From Botryllus schlosseri (taxonomy: Eukaryota): a stretch of 64,000 bases of DNA. A program made the position numbers and the translations under genes. This document shows, in pieces, positions 1 to 13,034 of this stretch; position 1 is the stretch's first letter; every line of letters begins with the position of its first letter. The DNA lies in the NCBI GenBank assembly GCA_051294905.1, contig CM119371.1, positions 12,464,001 through 12,528,000 on the forward strand, written 5' to 3'. The notes beneath the pieces are model-generated. The model saw only the letters and a list, made by a program, of their open reading frames with translations. It ran no database searches and was not told where the DNA came from.

Positions 1-1061
1 TCTAAGCTCGAGATTTACGTACTCATGCTTGATTTGTTTCCATAGCCTCGACCTTGGGAATCGCTTGTATGCGTCCAAAGAAAATAAGTCGTGAAATGTG
101 GAAACTGTAGAAACCGTTAGCAATCGCGTACCTGCCGCGAAAAGTTTGTTTAATTGTAACGCCGAGCATTGTGCGCCTACGGCTAGTCAGTTGGCGTTTA
201 GCGCTGATTAAATTATCCTTATACTCGACATGCAAAGTAAATTTGCAGGTATTGGAATGAATTCAGTTGTAGTGTGCGCTCATATTAGGTCTTGAAATGC
301 GGAGACCTCGGCAATCGAAACCGCGATCTGTCTGCGCTCAAAATCGCATTTTATATGAATTAATTAATTAGTGATGATGTGTAGAATATTGATATATCAT
401 CATAGAACCCCGCGCCTAGTTCAACGTTGATGAGTGTTATCTGTGAATATCTGGCAAATATAGTATTCTATTGACATCATAGTTTTCGAAATTTATGTGT
501 AATCGGAATGTTATTTATATCCAAAAAAGTAAGTTATTACATTAATATTTTCAAGTCGCAGCGCTTAAAATCGCATTTTATATTAATTAATTAGTGATGA
601 TACATTTCAAGTTATTCAATACATATTGCTAAATATACATGGAAAACCGGTATTGAAATTCACAAAACAATGAAATTTGCTCATAAATACACACGATGTG
701 GCAGTGGCAGGTGACGTGGCAATGGGCATCCTGTAGGCGTGACAATGGGCGTCATATAGGCGTGGCAATTAGGATGACGTGGCCTTCTGTGATTGGCCGG
801 TCTATAACCCAGCTATGTCTACTACTGGCCAGTATGCTAGATTTTGGCTAATACCAGCGTCTGCACCATCGCGTCATATATAAATGTTCTTACCGACACT
901 TAACGATACTTCTTATGATACTCAAGTAATCCCTGATATCGAGAAACATCGAAAGGCGCATCAGTTTCTCTAGTGATCGGCACCTGGTTCTCAATGTGTA
1001 TTGAATTTGAAATACTAATTTTTGATGCATCATTCAAGTATACATTTTGTCATATTTATAG

Positions 1062-1214
1062 GGTCCGCCGCCTCAGCCGAAGAAGGAAATACTGAACAAA
1101 CTATCTCGAATGCAACAATCAATGTTATAGGTGGGAATCAGATTCATGGAACCGCATCCAATATTGAGCAGACGCCTACGGATGGAAATTTAAGGATCCC
1201 TTATAGCGGGGAAA
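1062..1214 (+). CDS. NLR-like gene, N-terminal exon carrying motif copy 1 (NATINVIGGNQ)
   Basis: Acceptor tttatag|, donor |gtatgt, phase 1/1; open frame SAASAEEGNTEQTISNATINVIGGNQIHG...; phase fits the next exon. Confidence 0.7.
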
Positions 1215-1549
1215 GTATGTTCACAGCAGTGTATCCTCAATTGTGGCGCGGCTACTAGAGATGGTTCGTGGATATATAAGCGTTCATGATTGATTATTGG
1301 CTGCTTTTGGGGTTATGGTTGAGAATGAGGCTAGCTTGGTCGCTGCGAAACTGCCACGAGCCGGAATATCGAGAATTATCAGATATGACTGAAACGTAGA
1401 AGGCAGTGATATCATTACGGTTGGTCCATTAAAAATCATTTTCAATCCCCAGGATGCAGATCCATCAACAATCACAACGTAGACTTACACGCTGGTATAA
1501 AGCAAAAGGGAAGGAATTGTTTAAACTGATATATAATACTTGTTTAAAG

Positions 1550-1657
1550 GTAGAGCCGCATTAGCAGTTGGCGACCACGTGAAGCTGCATTTCGTCAACG
1601 CAAACATTAATGTGATTGGAGGAAATCAGTATAATAATAAATTTTACCAGAGGTCAG
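1550..1657 (+). CDS. NLR-like gene, N-terminal exon carrying motif copy 2 (ALAVGDHVKLHFVNANINVIGGNQYNN)
   Basis: tttaaag| ... cag|gtatgt, 108 nt, phase 1/1; encodes the same 11-aa motif as the previous exon, mostly with synonymous differences. Confidence 0.75.
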
Positions 1658-1891
1658 GTATGTGATACGATATTATGTTACGTCATATCGATGATAACAG
1701 AAATATCTTTATAACTTAGAATTGTGTTCTATATTAGATCGCAGATTGAATGGCAATGCAAATGAAAAGATTTTTGCACGTTTGGCCGAACAACTCGGAA
1801 TTTTATAGCATTATGTTGTGATTTATTATGAAATATCCGGTATAAACGAATCGATATCTCAAACGTAATGATGCCGTCTGTGTTTATTCAG

Positions 1892-2032
1892 ACTCAGATG
1901 AAAATACAGAAGCTGATCATATCGCCGGAGGTGATGGACGCAACGAAACGAAAGTACCCGAAATTGTCCATTCCCCGGTATTCGATCCGAAACACAATTC
2001 TTCGAAGGTCAAGTTAAAAGAAAGAATGACAG
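1892..2032 (+). CDS. NLR-like gene, low-complexity linker exon (DSDENTEADHIAGG...KLKERMT)
   Basis: tttattcag| ... ag|gtatgg, 141 nt, phase 1/1, open frame. Confidence 0.7.
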
Positions 2033-2361
2033 GTATGGATTTTAGTTCAGTTGCAGTTGTGCAACGATCTCCCGACATGAGACGCGGAATAATGCATTCT
2101 CCTAAATACCGTATTGCATTAGTCAAGTGATTGTATAAAAGCAAATTTGATGATAAATAACAATCATGAAGATATTAAGGTATTATTTCGAAAAGTAGTT
2201 GATGGTGCATCAAATAAATTAAATTGTTATCATCATTCTCTGCACCTATTTCATCCACAGGTCTACTAGATCTGTCGCTTGCTTTTTTACAGTCAACAGA
2301 CAATCGATTCACTTCAATAGTTGTTGATGAAAATTCAATATATATACATTCATAATATACT

Positions 2362-2929
2362 TGGGGTTGCATTTAAAGCAAAAATATTTTAAAACAAACA
2401 TGTTTAAAACAAGGCCCGTGTTTGAAACGTGCTTTTCAATATTTTTTTAAAAGCCATGTTACGAATATTTTTTTTGTGACATCATATTTGATTGACATTG
2501 ACAATTGAAAATGTAGGATAAATATACTTCCTCTGACAAAATAGGCTTTCGACCCCTGTAATATTGGGACCAGAAATAATATTTACCAGGACTACATCGT
2601 CATGGAGCATTTACCGGTCGTCGGCAGTCATCATCTTCATAACATTCATTTCGTACCAGTAATCTATAATTCTATATATTCGTAATTTAGCCGTGGATAC
2701 GACTATTTCGAGGGTTCAGCCTTTTCATATAATATACGTCGGCTATACCAGGTGTGAAGCGTCCGTAGGTTCATACTACATGTTTTTTGAAAGTATTTAC
2801 ACACTTATGGTATAATTATCCAACTTGAAAAAATACATTTTTATTGAAATGCCCTCGTTGAAAACACTGTTGAACACAGGTTTTAAGAAAAGTGTTTTAA
2901 ACAACCATTTGATTTAAATGCAGCCCGGT
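2362..2929. mobile_element. MITE with gggttgcatttaaa TIRs (family also at 16819-17226)
   Basis: Terminal inverted repeats; internal similarity to the 16.8-kb copy. Confidence 0.7.
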
Positions 2930-2962
2930 ATATAGTAAAAGGTATTAGTAATCTAATGCCAG

Positions 2963-3072
2963 ATTTTTCTGAGGAGCTTTCCGACCCAATTTCCAGCAGC
3001 AGTAACACCAAAGTCACTTTGAGTGGAAGTAAAAAACCCAGGCTTGAGAAGTACTCAGGTCATTCCGAAAAG
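2963..3072 (+). CDS. NLR-like gene, linker exon (DFSEELSDPISSSSNTKVTLSGSKKPRLEKYSGHSEK)
   Basis: gccag| acceptor, phase 1. Donor is either |gtaatc after 3072 (phase 0, needing a further small exon) or |gtcatt after 3058 (phase 1, joining 4378 directly). Confidence 0.55.
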
Positions 3073-4377
3073 GTAATCTAATCGAAGGGTCGAATAATTT
3101 AATTAATCGAAGGTGGCCACTGGCCATATTCTGTCTGGCAAGACACTTATGCGTGACCACCGAAAAATAAATCTTGATACTACAAATAATTGCAATTTTT
3201 TATGTATGCAAGTATATATAATATGCATGGTTCTTTCTGTTATATTATATATGTGCGATACAGCATGTCCCAACGCGTAGGCAATATGTCCATTGTCCAA
3301 CCTATAACCGCTATCAGAACTAAGAAAAGATGAAAACATTCAACTCGCACTAGATTGCTTGAACAAACCTGACCGTAATTCAAACCGCTTACTGCAACGC
3401 ACCTGGTCGTAATTCACAATTTGTTTGGCTATCAAAATTATCGCCAACCGATAAGGCCAAGTACAACCACATTTGGGTAGGATTCTGCTCATGCATGTCA
3501 AGTGTCCCAGACCACGGTCGGATGGATTGAAACCAAGACAGTGTAATCAGTTCTTTCAAAGCCGTCGACATAAGAGGTTTACGATGTAAAGCCCTCGTCG
3601 CCAATATTTCTACACATTCAATCAGAAAATATTATTTAACTTAATTTCCATCAATCCAATTTGTGATGTAGAAATTGTATATACGCTCTTATGACAGAAA
3701 TATCGGAATAAAGTGAATCAAAACAGTTAAGCTACTTGTTACCTCAATTCCTACCACAATGAAATAGAATTCGCAATGAAATAATATATTCATATCGAAA
3801 CGAACCCGAATATTTTCTGCTGACACTCGTCGAGGGTAATCTTCACAGCATCTTCGAATTGGAAGAACATTGTATGTATAACAACGATCGTATAACCAAA
3901 TATAACGTCACCGGCATGAATATTTGAATATTTGAGGGAAAGAGATCGCTTATGCTCAATTTAGTATGCTAGATGGTACACAAACTCCTCCTATTGTTAC
4001 AAACTAACTTGGCGTATTTTGACAAAAGTCGACTAAAATGCACATATATGAAAGTGAAAACGCCTTCTCCTGACGACACGAAATGTGTCGTCTCGATAAC
4101 TTTCCGCACTAACAGAATTATGCAACAAATGTTTGTCAATGGCACAATTCATGGTCGTTGCCTCGTCTAATTTAATCTTCAGGGCCGGAGTGAAGAGTTA
4201 CCGTGTGTTAATGAATGTAGGGAGATGCTATTTTATGCGGTCTTGTAAATGAGCAAAACCTTCAAAACTATGTGGGCTGATAACAAATTGGTTCCAATAC
4301 CTCCAATTAAGATGTTACCACTATATTCGACAGCTATTTTCGCAGTTGATCAGCGAATAAAATTAATTTTTATTTAG

Positions 4378-5784
4378 GAAAATATCTTGCTAAATTCACG
4401 GAGACCCTCAAACGTCTCTCGTGGAACAATGTACAGGGTAAAGTCCTAGAATCGTACGAAGATTTATCGGAACCAGACTCTGAGTTTTATCCGCAATTGA
4501 AAACAGGATTTAAATTATACAAAGGAGAATATTTACCACAAGAAGGATTCAGTGCCCACGGCAACCCAAAATCAGGACGTTATATAGACTACAAAGCTTG
4601 TCTAAGTCGCATCCAAGAAAAATATGCTGGGCCTTGTGCCATCATCGGACAACCGGGAAGTGGTAAAACCATCATGATGAAAAGATTAGCAAAGAAACTT
4701 ATCATTGCAAATAATCTCCACACTCAAAAAACTGCTATATGGAAGAAATTTGTTAAGGTATTTCGCAATGAAGCCAAACAATATAATATCGTCATGCACA
4801 TGAACATCAGAGATATTCCTGATCAGGAGAACGTTACTTTGGCTAACGTTATATTTAGCCCTAACGTCACCAAGTTATCAGTTAATGAGCTAGGATATGG
4901 TCTTAAGGCAATACTGGATGGGGTGATTAAAATTATTATGTTCTTCGATGGATTGGATCAAGCTACATGGGATCCGATATACGATAGAAAAATTGGTCCA
5001 TGGGAGGTGTCGAACACACGTACGATATTTGGTAATATACTGGCAGGAAATCTTTTACCCGACATTTCTATTATCATATCATCGAGGGAGCATTCAGTAG
5101 CCCGTCTGTCCATTGAGATGCGACCGGAGTTTATTGTGGCTTTGGTGGGATTCAGTGAAGGGGAAGCGGAAAAGATGTATTGCGAGTTGATGGGTCAAAA
5201 TTCAGAAAAGGATTGGCATGAAATGAGGTTATCCAACCCCGCGATGCACTATATGTGCCTGACACCATTGTTTCTTGTATTTTACATGATCACAAGAAAA
5301 CGAGCCCCATCGCATCCTCCAAATTGTGCATCCGGAGTGATGGTCACTATAATACAGATTTTCTTGGAATGTGAGAATACACGAAACATCAACAATATCA
5401 TTGATGTAAACGACGTCATCAGCAAATTGAAGGAAATGGCATTCAATGGTACCATGAGCCAACAGGTATCATTCACCAACGAAGACCTTTCCAAATATCG
5501 CCTTGCGTACAAGGATATCAGTGATATTATCATTAAAGTTCCTGGATTGACGATTCTAGGTCAGAAAATGCTTGCTGGGATGTATAGATACTTTTTCAGT
5601 CATCAGACTCTTCAAGAAGTTTTAGCGGCACTTTTCGTGGTGAGCATGAAACTGGATGATTTCAAGCAAATCGTGGATCGCGAATTCAACAAACCCTACT
5701 GGGCGGTTGTCCGCAATTTCACGAGTGGTATTCTAAAAAACGAAAGTGTTAGATCTGATATCAGTTCTGCAATTCTTAAGCCAG
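4378..5784 (+). CDS. NACHT (STAND NTPase) exon of the NLR-like gene
   Basis: Walker A GQPGSGKT, Walker B IIMFFDGLDQ, sensor-1 IIISSR, HD1 LTPLF, winged-helix FFSHQTLQEVLAA; acceptor tttttatttag|, donor ccag|gttggt, phase 1/1. Confidence 0.92.
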
Positions 5785-6537
5785 GTTGGTATTTCATTGT
5801 ACTCAAAATGTCAATATGTTGGTATACGGCTGGATATGCCCCTTGTTCCCATCCAGGGGAAAAATTCCCGAAATGTAGTAATTTTAGTGCGAAGAATCTG
5901 CCTATATTTAATAGGAGAAAGTATACATGGACTGATCAAAGTTTTCATATTTTGTCACAGAACCGTAAGGTATGAGACTAGATCCGACGTTGAAATCTAC
6001 CCGAGGGGTCCACTTGATCAAAATGGCTCAGATCAAGACATGGGGTCAGTTATTCAAAAAATAACAGTCCCGCGCTGGTTACGTGGTGAAAATCTATATG
6101 TAAATTGCGTACAACAAGATATCCAAAAGACGCATGCGATTCACTTTTCTGCAATACTGCAGAGAGTTGCAGAAAATGTGGTAATTTCACCGTGAACATC
6201 CGACTACACTAATACCTCCCGGGGTCCACGAGACACTTTTTTAGGAATGCGTAGCACCTTCAAAATTATCACGACATTTCGGATTTCTGGAATATATAAA
6301 TCTTCAGACAACCTAATATACGAACCAAACGCAAAAGTTGCCCAAAAATTATTCGGTAATCAACATCAAGTATAGTTTTTGGTGCATAATATTCAATTTG
6401 AAATTTCAGTCACTATATTTCTTGGTTTTATTGTGCGTAAACACACCCTCGAACAAAATACGCATAATTTCAACGAAATAAGTCGAATTGTGTTCGTAAT
6501 ACATCGCTTGGGGTTATTGGGATGCTTTCGTCTAGGG

Positions 6538-7826
6538 CAGTGGTTCCCAACCTTTTACGACTCATCGCCCCCTTGTGAAGCTCCACACCGATCATCGCCC
6601 CCCTAAAACGTTGGTCTTCGTCCCCATAGGGTGATAAACCCCCTCAGACCCCCTGTCAGCCAGTGGGCTTTTTTCGCTACATATCAGCTATACCCTGCCT
6701 GTTTCATGTACTGTTTGGTGAGTCACCGTATTTCGCCTAAACGCGCGAAGTGCCCCAAATTTATATAATTCATGTTTGAATCGGTCAATATGGTCGGGAA
6801 TTGCATATATATTGCTATCAATTTTTTCATCCTCTTTCTGCTCACGTAATCAGATTTACCGGTAGAGCTGAGTGTGGTGTGTTGGAAAAGTTAGAACACC
6901 CCTAAATAATAATTAAACATCTCCGGGCGTATACCCGTTGGCAGGAACGAAGCAACACTTTGGTCTTGGGCTCCCATTGGGTGATAAACCGACCCCCATC
7001 ACGTTGTTCGCTTTGGCCACGAAATTAGGTGGAATCGTTGTTATATTGACTACGTTGCATGTTGCTATCTCGTGACCTCCTATATCTGCTATGTCAGAAG
7101 ATATGGAACTCGTCAAAACGTACCAAACGAAAAGACGCATATGATTTCAAATTGGTAAATAATATTTTCTTTGCGGGATCGCATTTGTCCTGTAGGGTTA
7201 AGGTCACCGGGGCAGGAACATTCGACGCCAGCCATTGAGGCACCTATGGACAATTAAACATATATGTATAGGTATCGAAGTTTTCGGTCAGCACGAGGGC
7301 ATTCCTTTTCGGCCAACGTCTTCTCGCCGCTGATCGTTCTGGCACACTTCTCGGAGTCGCATGATACATGGCCTCTAACTTCATATGTCTTGGTGCGTCG
7401 TGGCGCAGTAATGGCTGACACCGAAGTCTCCCATTTCCATAAATCCTGCGTAATTTTGTTGGGGGACTGGTATCCCAAAGTCAAGATATATGAAAATATG
7501 AAATAGTGACCAGCGCGAAAATTTTTTGAAAAAGTTGCATGAATTATTAAGAAATTACTCTACAATTTATGTTAATTAACGAAATAATTTAGGACTCCTT
7601 CGAGTTTGGGCCCCCCACCCCCAATTGGGGGGGTTTGGGGTGCGGTAGTTACGGTCCCGACTCCAATATAGCCGTCTTAACGCGCCATCGCCCCCCTATC
7701 GCCCCCTTCGTTGTTTTCGCCCCCTTCGTCCGTTTTCGCCCCCCTATCGCCCCTTCGTTATTTTCGCCCCCCTAAACCGCCAAATCGCCCCCTGGGGGGC
7801 GATATCGCCCACGTTGGGAACCACTG
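6538..7826. mobile_element. hAT (Buster/Charlie-type) non-autonomous element
   Basis: TIR cagtggttcccaac / gttgggaaccactg; perfect 8-bp TSD gtctaggg; tcgccccc subterminal repeats; interior is similar in inverted orientation to ~62995-63900. Confidence 0.9.
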
Positions 7827-8778
7827 GTCTAGGGCTTTTCAATCGACCGGTGCATTGTATGCATTTCGGCGCTGACCATTTGCAAGCCAGAACACATCAA
7901 GGCACGGGAAGGTATATTCAATCCAAGTCAAGATGATCATCAATGTCTGCCGAACTTTAGACATTGATATTTTCAGATACCGAAATAGTCAGCCCGAATA
8001 GCCAAGTTTGTTTGATGTAGGCTATTCGAGGCGTTTGTCGAATACCGTGGTTATTTACCTCTGACCAATTTCTTCATTTTTATTCCGTAACTGCCGACTT
8101 GTAGCATGTCCCACTTCTAAGACACCGCTTACATGGAAGATATTGTATAGCCAAGTTATTGTCATCATATGCCCCGCGCGATACAAACGTGACCCGCTGA
8201 AAAAAATAATGCTCCTGGTGTTAAATTGCGAAGTGATAATGATATTTTTGTTTGATCTAGCAAGTGCGAGCGATTCCAATATCTGTCGAGTAACGGCAAT
8301 CATTACCTTCACAAAACAAAATTCATGCGAGGCCGATAGTATTGACTAAATTAATTGTCTAAAATATATTCGCACACTGATTTTTCGAAACACTGGGTTG
8401 TACTTATCTAGGCTCGTTGTGGATCGCATAACAGCGTTTGTGAATCAGATGTATGAAGGATAGTGATTAAATTACATGCAGGGGTAATAAGGTTTGAAGG
8501 CCAAGACCTGCGTTTTCTTATGGGATTCGTGATATTAGACAGAGTTGCTTCAGAAGTAATGCAATCAAACATACCTGAGCTGGTAACAAACATCAGCTAC
8601 ATTTTTTACATTGACATGTAAATCCAACGTGTTTGTGATTCATTTATAAAAAATTTCAAGGTGTCGTCTGATCAATTTTCATCAATTGTTTGGCAACTAG
8701 TGGACTACACGATCCGACGAAATCACTTATGGATTTTCACTCAAATTACTTCTCCAAAAACCGCTAGGTCATACAAAC

Positions 8779-9088
8779 TAGGGTTACCATAAGTCCTCTC
8801 TTAAGAGGACTTGTATTTTTTTACTCTATTGAGAGTGTCATAGGAGGACGCCTAAATGTCCTCTTCTTTTTAGAATTTTAGTTTAGATATAGGAAATCAG
8901 CGGTCAAGTAACGGTCCGACGGGATTTTCCGGACTTGAGCCAGAAAAACGGAGTCAACCAACGGAAAATCTCATAAAATGCCAGTAATTCGGGATTTGAG
9001 CCTGACAGAGGACGAGAAAAATTTACAATTTTTCGAGATTTTACTCCAGTATTCTAAGTCTAAAGATTCCCAAATTATGGTAACCCTA
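8779..9088. mobile_element. hAT-like MITE relic with tagggttaccataa TIRs
   Basis: 14-bp TIRs; no clear TSD. Confidence 0.55.
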
Positions 9089-9556
9089 CTATAAAGTCAC
9101 TTGGAAACATGAATGACCTCTGGCGCACGAATGCAATATATTTTGAACCGAGCTTTAGAACTGTTTCATTTTGTATAAGAAGTTTTGGACATTCACTTTG
9201 TAATACGGTGACCCAAGCTAACAATAACCCACACCCCGATTACGCCTGAGCTTGATGTAATCGTGATTTATGGCATTTTAATCATTTATCACGACGGTCG
9301 ATTTCATGAGAAAGAAATAGCGAAGTAATCATAACCGATTGCTTTGCAAACAAAAATTACTCAGCTGTTTGATTTTACCAGGACTTTGGTGTGATCTGAG
9401 CGGTGCGATATATCTTATGAACAATGGAAACGTCGGATTTGTGAAAGTATTTTCTTATTATTGCACCACAATAAGTAACTGCGTATAAATATTTTATCCG
9501 GGCGTACTCAGTAGCTTTTCGATCTTCACTGTGCTAGTAGGATTTGGAGTTTAGAC

Positions 9557-10657
9557 CACAGGTGGGCAAACTACGGCCCGCGGGCCGCATGTGGCCCGCA
9601 ACATGGTCCTGTGCGGCCCGCGAGAGTCTAAAGAAACTTTCTAAAAATATTGATAAAATGCGCACTAAAAATCGAAATAATGCAGGGATTTGATTAAACT
9701 TTTTCTTAGTATATTTCACCATGATAATTCAGTGGTTCTGAAACTGGGGGCACCCCCTTGGGTGCGTGAAATTATCTGAAGGGGGCGTGAAGCTAAGCTC
9801 AACTGAAAAAATTTTCGCGCGATTTACATACAATTCATAGTTATTGCTCTGTATTTTGTATTATTCTCACATTTTTAAATCTCTTATCCACAGTCGTAAC
9901 CTTCCATGTTATCAAACTATTCATTAGGTTTGCTAGCATCCTGGCTGCGTTTTGTGATATGACGATGAGGGGTGCGCGAAATCTTTCACCATCGTAAGGG
10001 GGGGGGGGGCGGGCGTGTCCTAAAAAGTTTGAGAACCACCGTTCCAAGGTTAATAATTTCGCTGCGCGACAGCCCAATCTCAAGGCCCACCAAGTTTAAA
10101 ACGTTTCAACTGCTAAACATCACAGAAATCCTAAACGATATTGACTTAATTCGGATCGCGAGTGAGATTGTAGATTGGCTACTCCTGTTTTAATTATTTC
10201 AGGGATGTGCTTATAAAAAACGATTCGCTCGGATCTTAGAGGTAGATTCGTTCTGTGTATGCGTATAATTGGAGTATTATTATTTTATATACACCTGCGT
10301 GTTTGAAGCAAACATATATGGTCATGATGCTGTCAGCATTGCGTGTTCTGAAATTTAGGCAAAGGTGGAATCAGTAAATCTATGAACAGATCGTTGCTCA
10401 CATATTTAAATTTCAATCCTGTTCTAAGAATCGGAATAACCGACTTTCATCTCTATAGTTTTGACAAGTTGGTTATTGAGGTCGGCCAGCCTATGAAATC
10501 TCGCGACTATGCTTTTGACGCGTGTAAGATATCACCAAAGCAATGTTTTTTAAAATAGGCACATATACTATCTCCATGTCCTCACTTTATAGTGCTGCCC
10601 GCGAATGGATTCAGATGTTGAATGCGGCCCGCGAGCTCAAAAGTTTGCCCACCCCTG
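9557..10657. mobile_element. hAT (Charlie-type) MITE, same family as 33940-35184
   Basis: TIR ca(c)aggtgggcaaact / agtttgcccacccctg; TSD gtttagac; gcggcccg subterminal motifs; contains a smaller cagtggttct MITE at ~9730-10042. Confidence 0.88.
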
Positions 10658-11207
10658 GTTTAGACAATCACTACTCTCCTATGCTTCAGTCACTACTACC
10701 ATATATGATTAGCTTGCACGAGTACGATAAGCCTCTCGCATTGGCTACTCCTCGCTATGATCTACATAAGCGGAGTCTTGAAAAAGTATAGCATTGGGAC
10801 GTGTTTCTGGTTGGTAGATATGGAATCGTAACGAGGAATTTCACCCGGGTGAAAATGAATATTGCAGTCGAAAAACACCATGAATACCACAACAAACACC
10901 AACAAGTCTGTCGCACCCTTCATGGATTGAAATGTTTTAGAATCGCGCATTTCCATATTATCGCAATTGTTCATAATGACGTATGGTTACTCTTACAAAG
11001 TGAACTCCCATTGGTGTTGCTGCTATGCGACGTGTATGTGAGTCGCAGAAATGCTCCGATTTAAGATGTGAAATTTTTGTGAACTTTACATTCAGCGGGC
11101 CATCACAACTAGATTTGGCCGACCAGCGACAATAATTTTTGGTCAACGTTTCATCGCCGCCGATTACTTTGACACGGCACCGCTCGTGGTACACCCATAC
11201 ACTAAAG

Positions 11208-12468
11208 CAGTGCTCTTCAACCTTTTTCGACGTGGTACACCCTTTTAACGTTTGCTCAAAACTCGTACACCCCTGTTCATTAGGGGTCTTCAAAAATGAC
11301 TTTTTTTCTCAAATTGTACTGGCTACTTGATAAAATTGTTAGGTTACCTAACTTAAGCCTACACACCAAATTTGGTTCAATTCCTACCAGTAGCCACATT
11401 GCTACGGGAGAAGAAAGTTTCTATTTATCATATAAAAATAAATAACGAAAAATTTCAAATTATTCTGTTCACCCCATGAAAGTATTAGGTTGTCTATAAA
11501 AACGATGTTCTTCAAATTTGGTTCAATTCCAACCAGTAGAAGCGGAGTTATTGCCGTCAAAAATTTGGATTTGAATAAAATAGTATTTTGTCGCAGTGTA
11601 TATATTCGCAGCTAGTTAGGCCGCCCGCCACGAAAATTGGAATTTATTTCGTGTCAGCCCAAAAACAGCATGACATTACGAACGATAATCAACCTAAATG
11701 TAACAGTATTGGGGAGAGATTAGGTAAAGCTACTGCTGCAGAAGCGGTAATTCAGATCAGCGATGATAACAGGCGCACCAGCCTACTGCGTATCAGGCCT
11801 GCCCCACGCCACACACAGTCGATAGTAGCACATTAGCTGCAAGAGACGTCAGTAACCTCAGATCGTATGCCGCTATACACAGTCTATTGTCGCTAATTCG
11901 CATCACAAATAACAAAATACTAAATTGCAAATGTCTGGCGAAATATTGGACATAAAATCGGCATTTTAAAACGAAAGGGTTTTGATTTCAACGTGGAAGC
12001 TGTTTCGACCCTGGCCGGCTACGTCACTTCATTTTTGTGCATTGCGGTATTTATTAACGTAGGGTAGGAAGTACCGATTCAAGAAGTCTGAGCTATCGCG
12101 GCGGTTTCCTCAAAAATCATTAAAAGACAAATGACTAGCTGGACACATGTTTGTTAACTGCATACTTTCCAACACCAAACGGAACCATTGGTCTGTTGCC
12201 GGCGGCTAAATGAATAGGAGAAATATTTGCTTATGACATCACAATCAAGCGCTGTACAGTATTACACTTAAGGTAACATCGTACCTATTGCTCATTAACC
12301 TGTGCGCCAACCTGTATAGTGACCCATAAACCTGCCTTTGTGATAGCTAGCCATCGGCCCATTGTAATTCGGATCTGGTACACCCCAGTACACCCCATCC
12401 GAGTGGTACACCCTTTGCAAATTCTGGTACACCCCAGGGTGTACGGCAACCCCGGTTGAAGAGCACTG
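11208..12468. mobile_element. hAT MITE with cagtgctcttcaacc TIRs
   Basis: Perfect TIRs; TSD cactaaag; gtacacc repeats; related ends at 51342 and 55992/56165. Confidence 0.9.
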
Positions 12469-13034
12469 CACTAAAGCACCCCAACGATGCTTCAAGGTGT
12501 GAAACCAAATGAGACAAACGTGGGACAAATCATATCATGAATTCACACCAATTTATCCATACAAAGGTCGGCACATTTTCACGATCAAGCTATATTGTAG
12601 TAGCGACTTTTCAGCGCGTCTCGCTGGTTGGCTGAAGTAGGCCCTATCCAACACGGTAACCTGGGATATGTACAAACTATCTATACTATAGGCAATCTCG
12701 CAAATAATTTTTGGGGGAATTAAAAAATACTAAATACATAATTACAGATCGGTCTGGTGTCGTGGCGACCCAAAATTATGTCTTTGCGGCCGATACTTTT
12801 TAACACCCTGCTATAACCATTCGCCAAGACCAGTGTTATGGTCACTGATTTACTGCGACTACTTATCTCATGTTTGATTACGAAATAATTAAATATGCTG
12901 ATCATTGACCACGTATATATCACACTTAGATACAATACTCCTGTGTGACGGCAAACATTTGACTGTGAAATGTTGAAGTCTTTTTTACCACACCCTCTCT
13001 GACGCTAATCTTTATTTTATGTATATTGATACAG

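Noticed and set aside
695..790. gtggca/atgggc short repeats as promoter elements
   Set aside because: No transcription start can be located; may be simple-repeat or transposon debris
5785..5975. C-terminal part of the 492-aa ORF (WYFIVLKM...NRKV)
   Set aside because: Read-through into the intron after the ccag|gttggt donor; the phase matches the exon at 13035 instead
6379..12935. Numerous 60-110 aa ORFs from the six-frame track
   Set aside because: They fall in MITEs or intron sequence, with no motifs or phase-compatible splice sites
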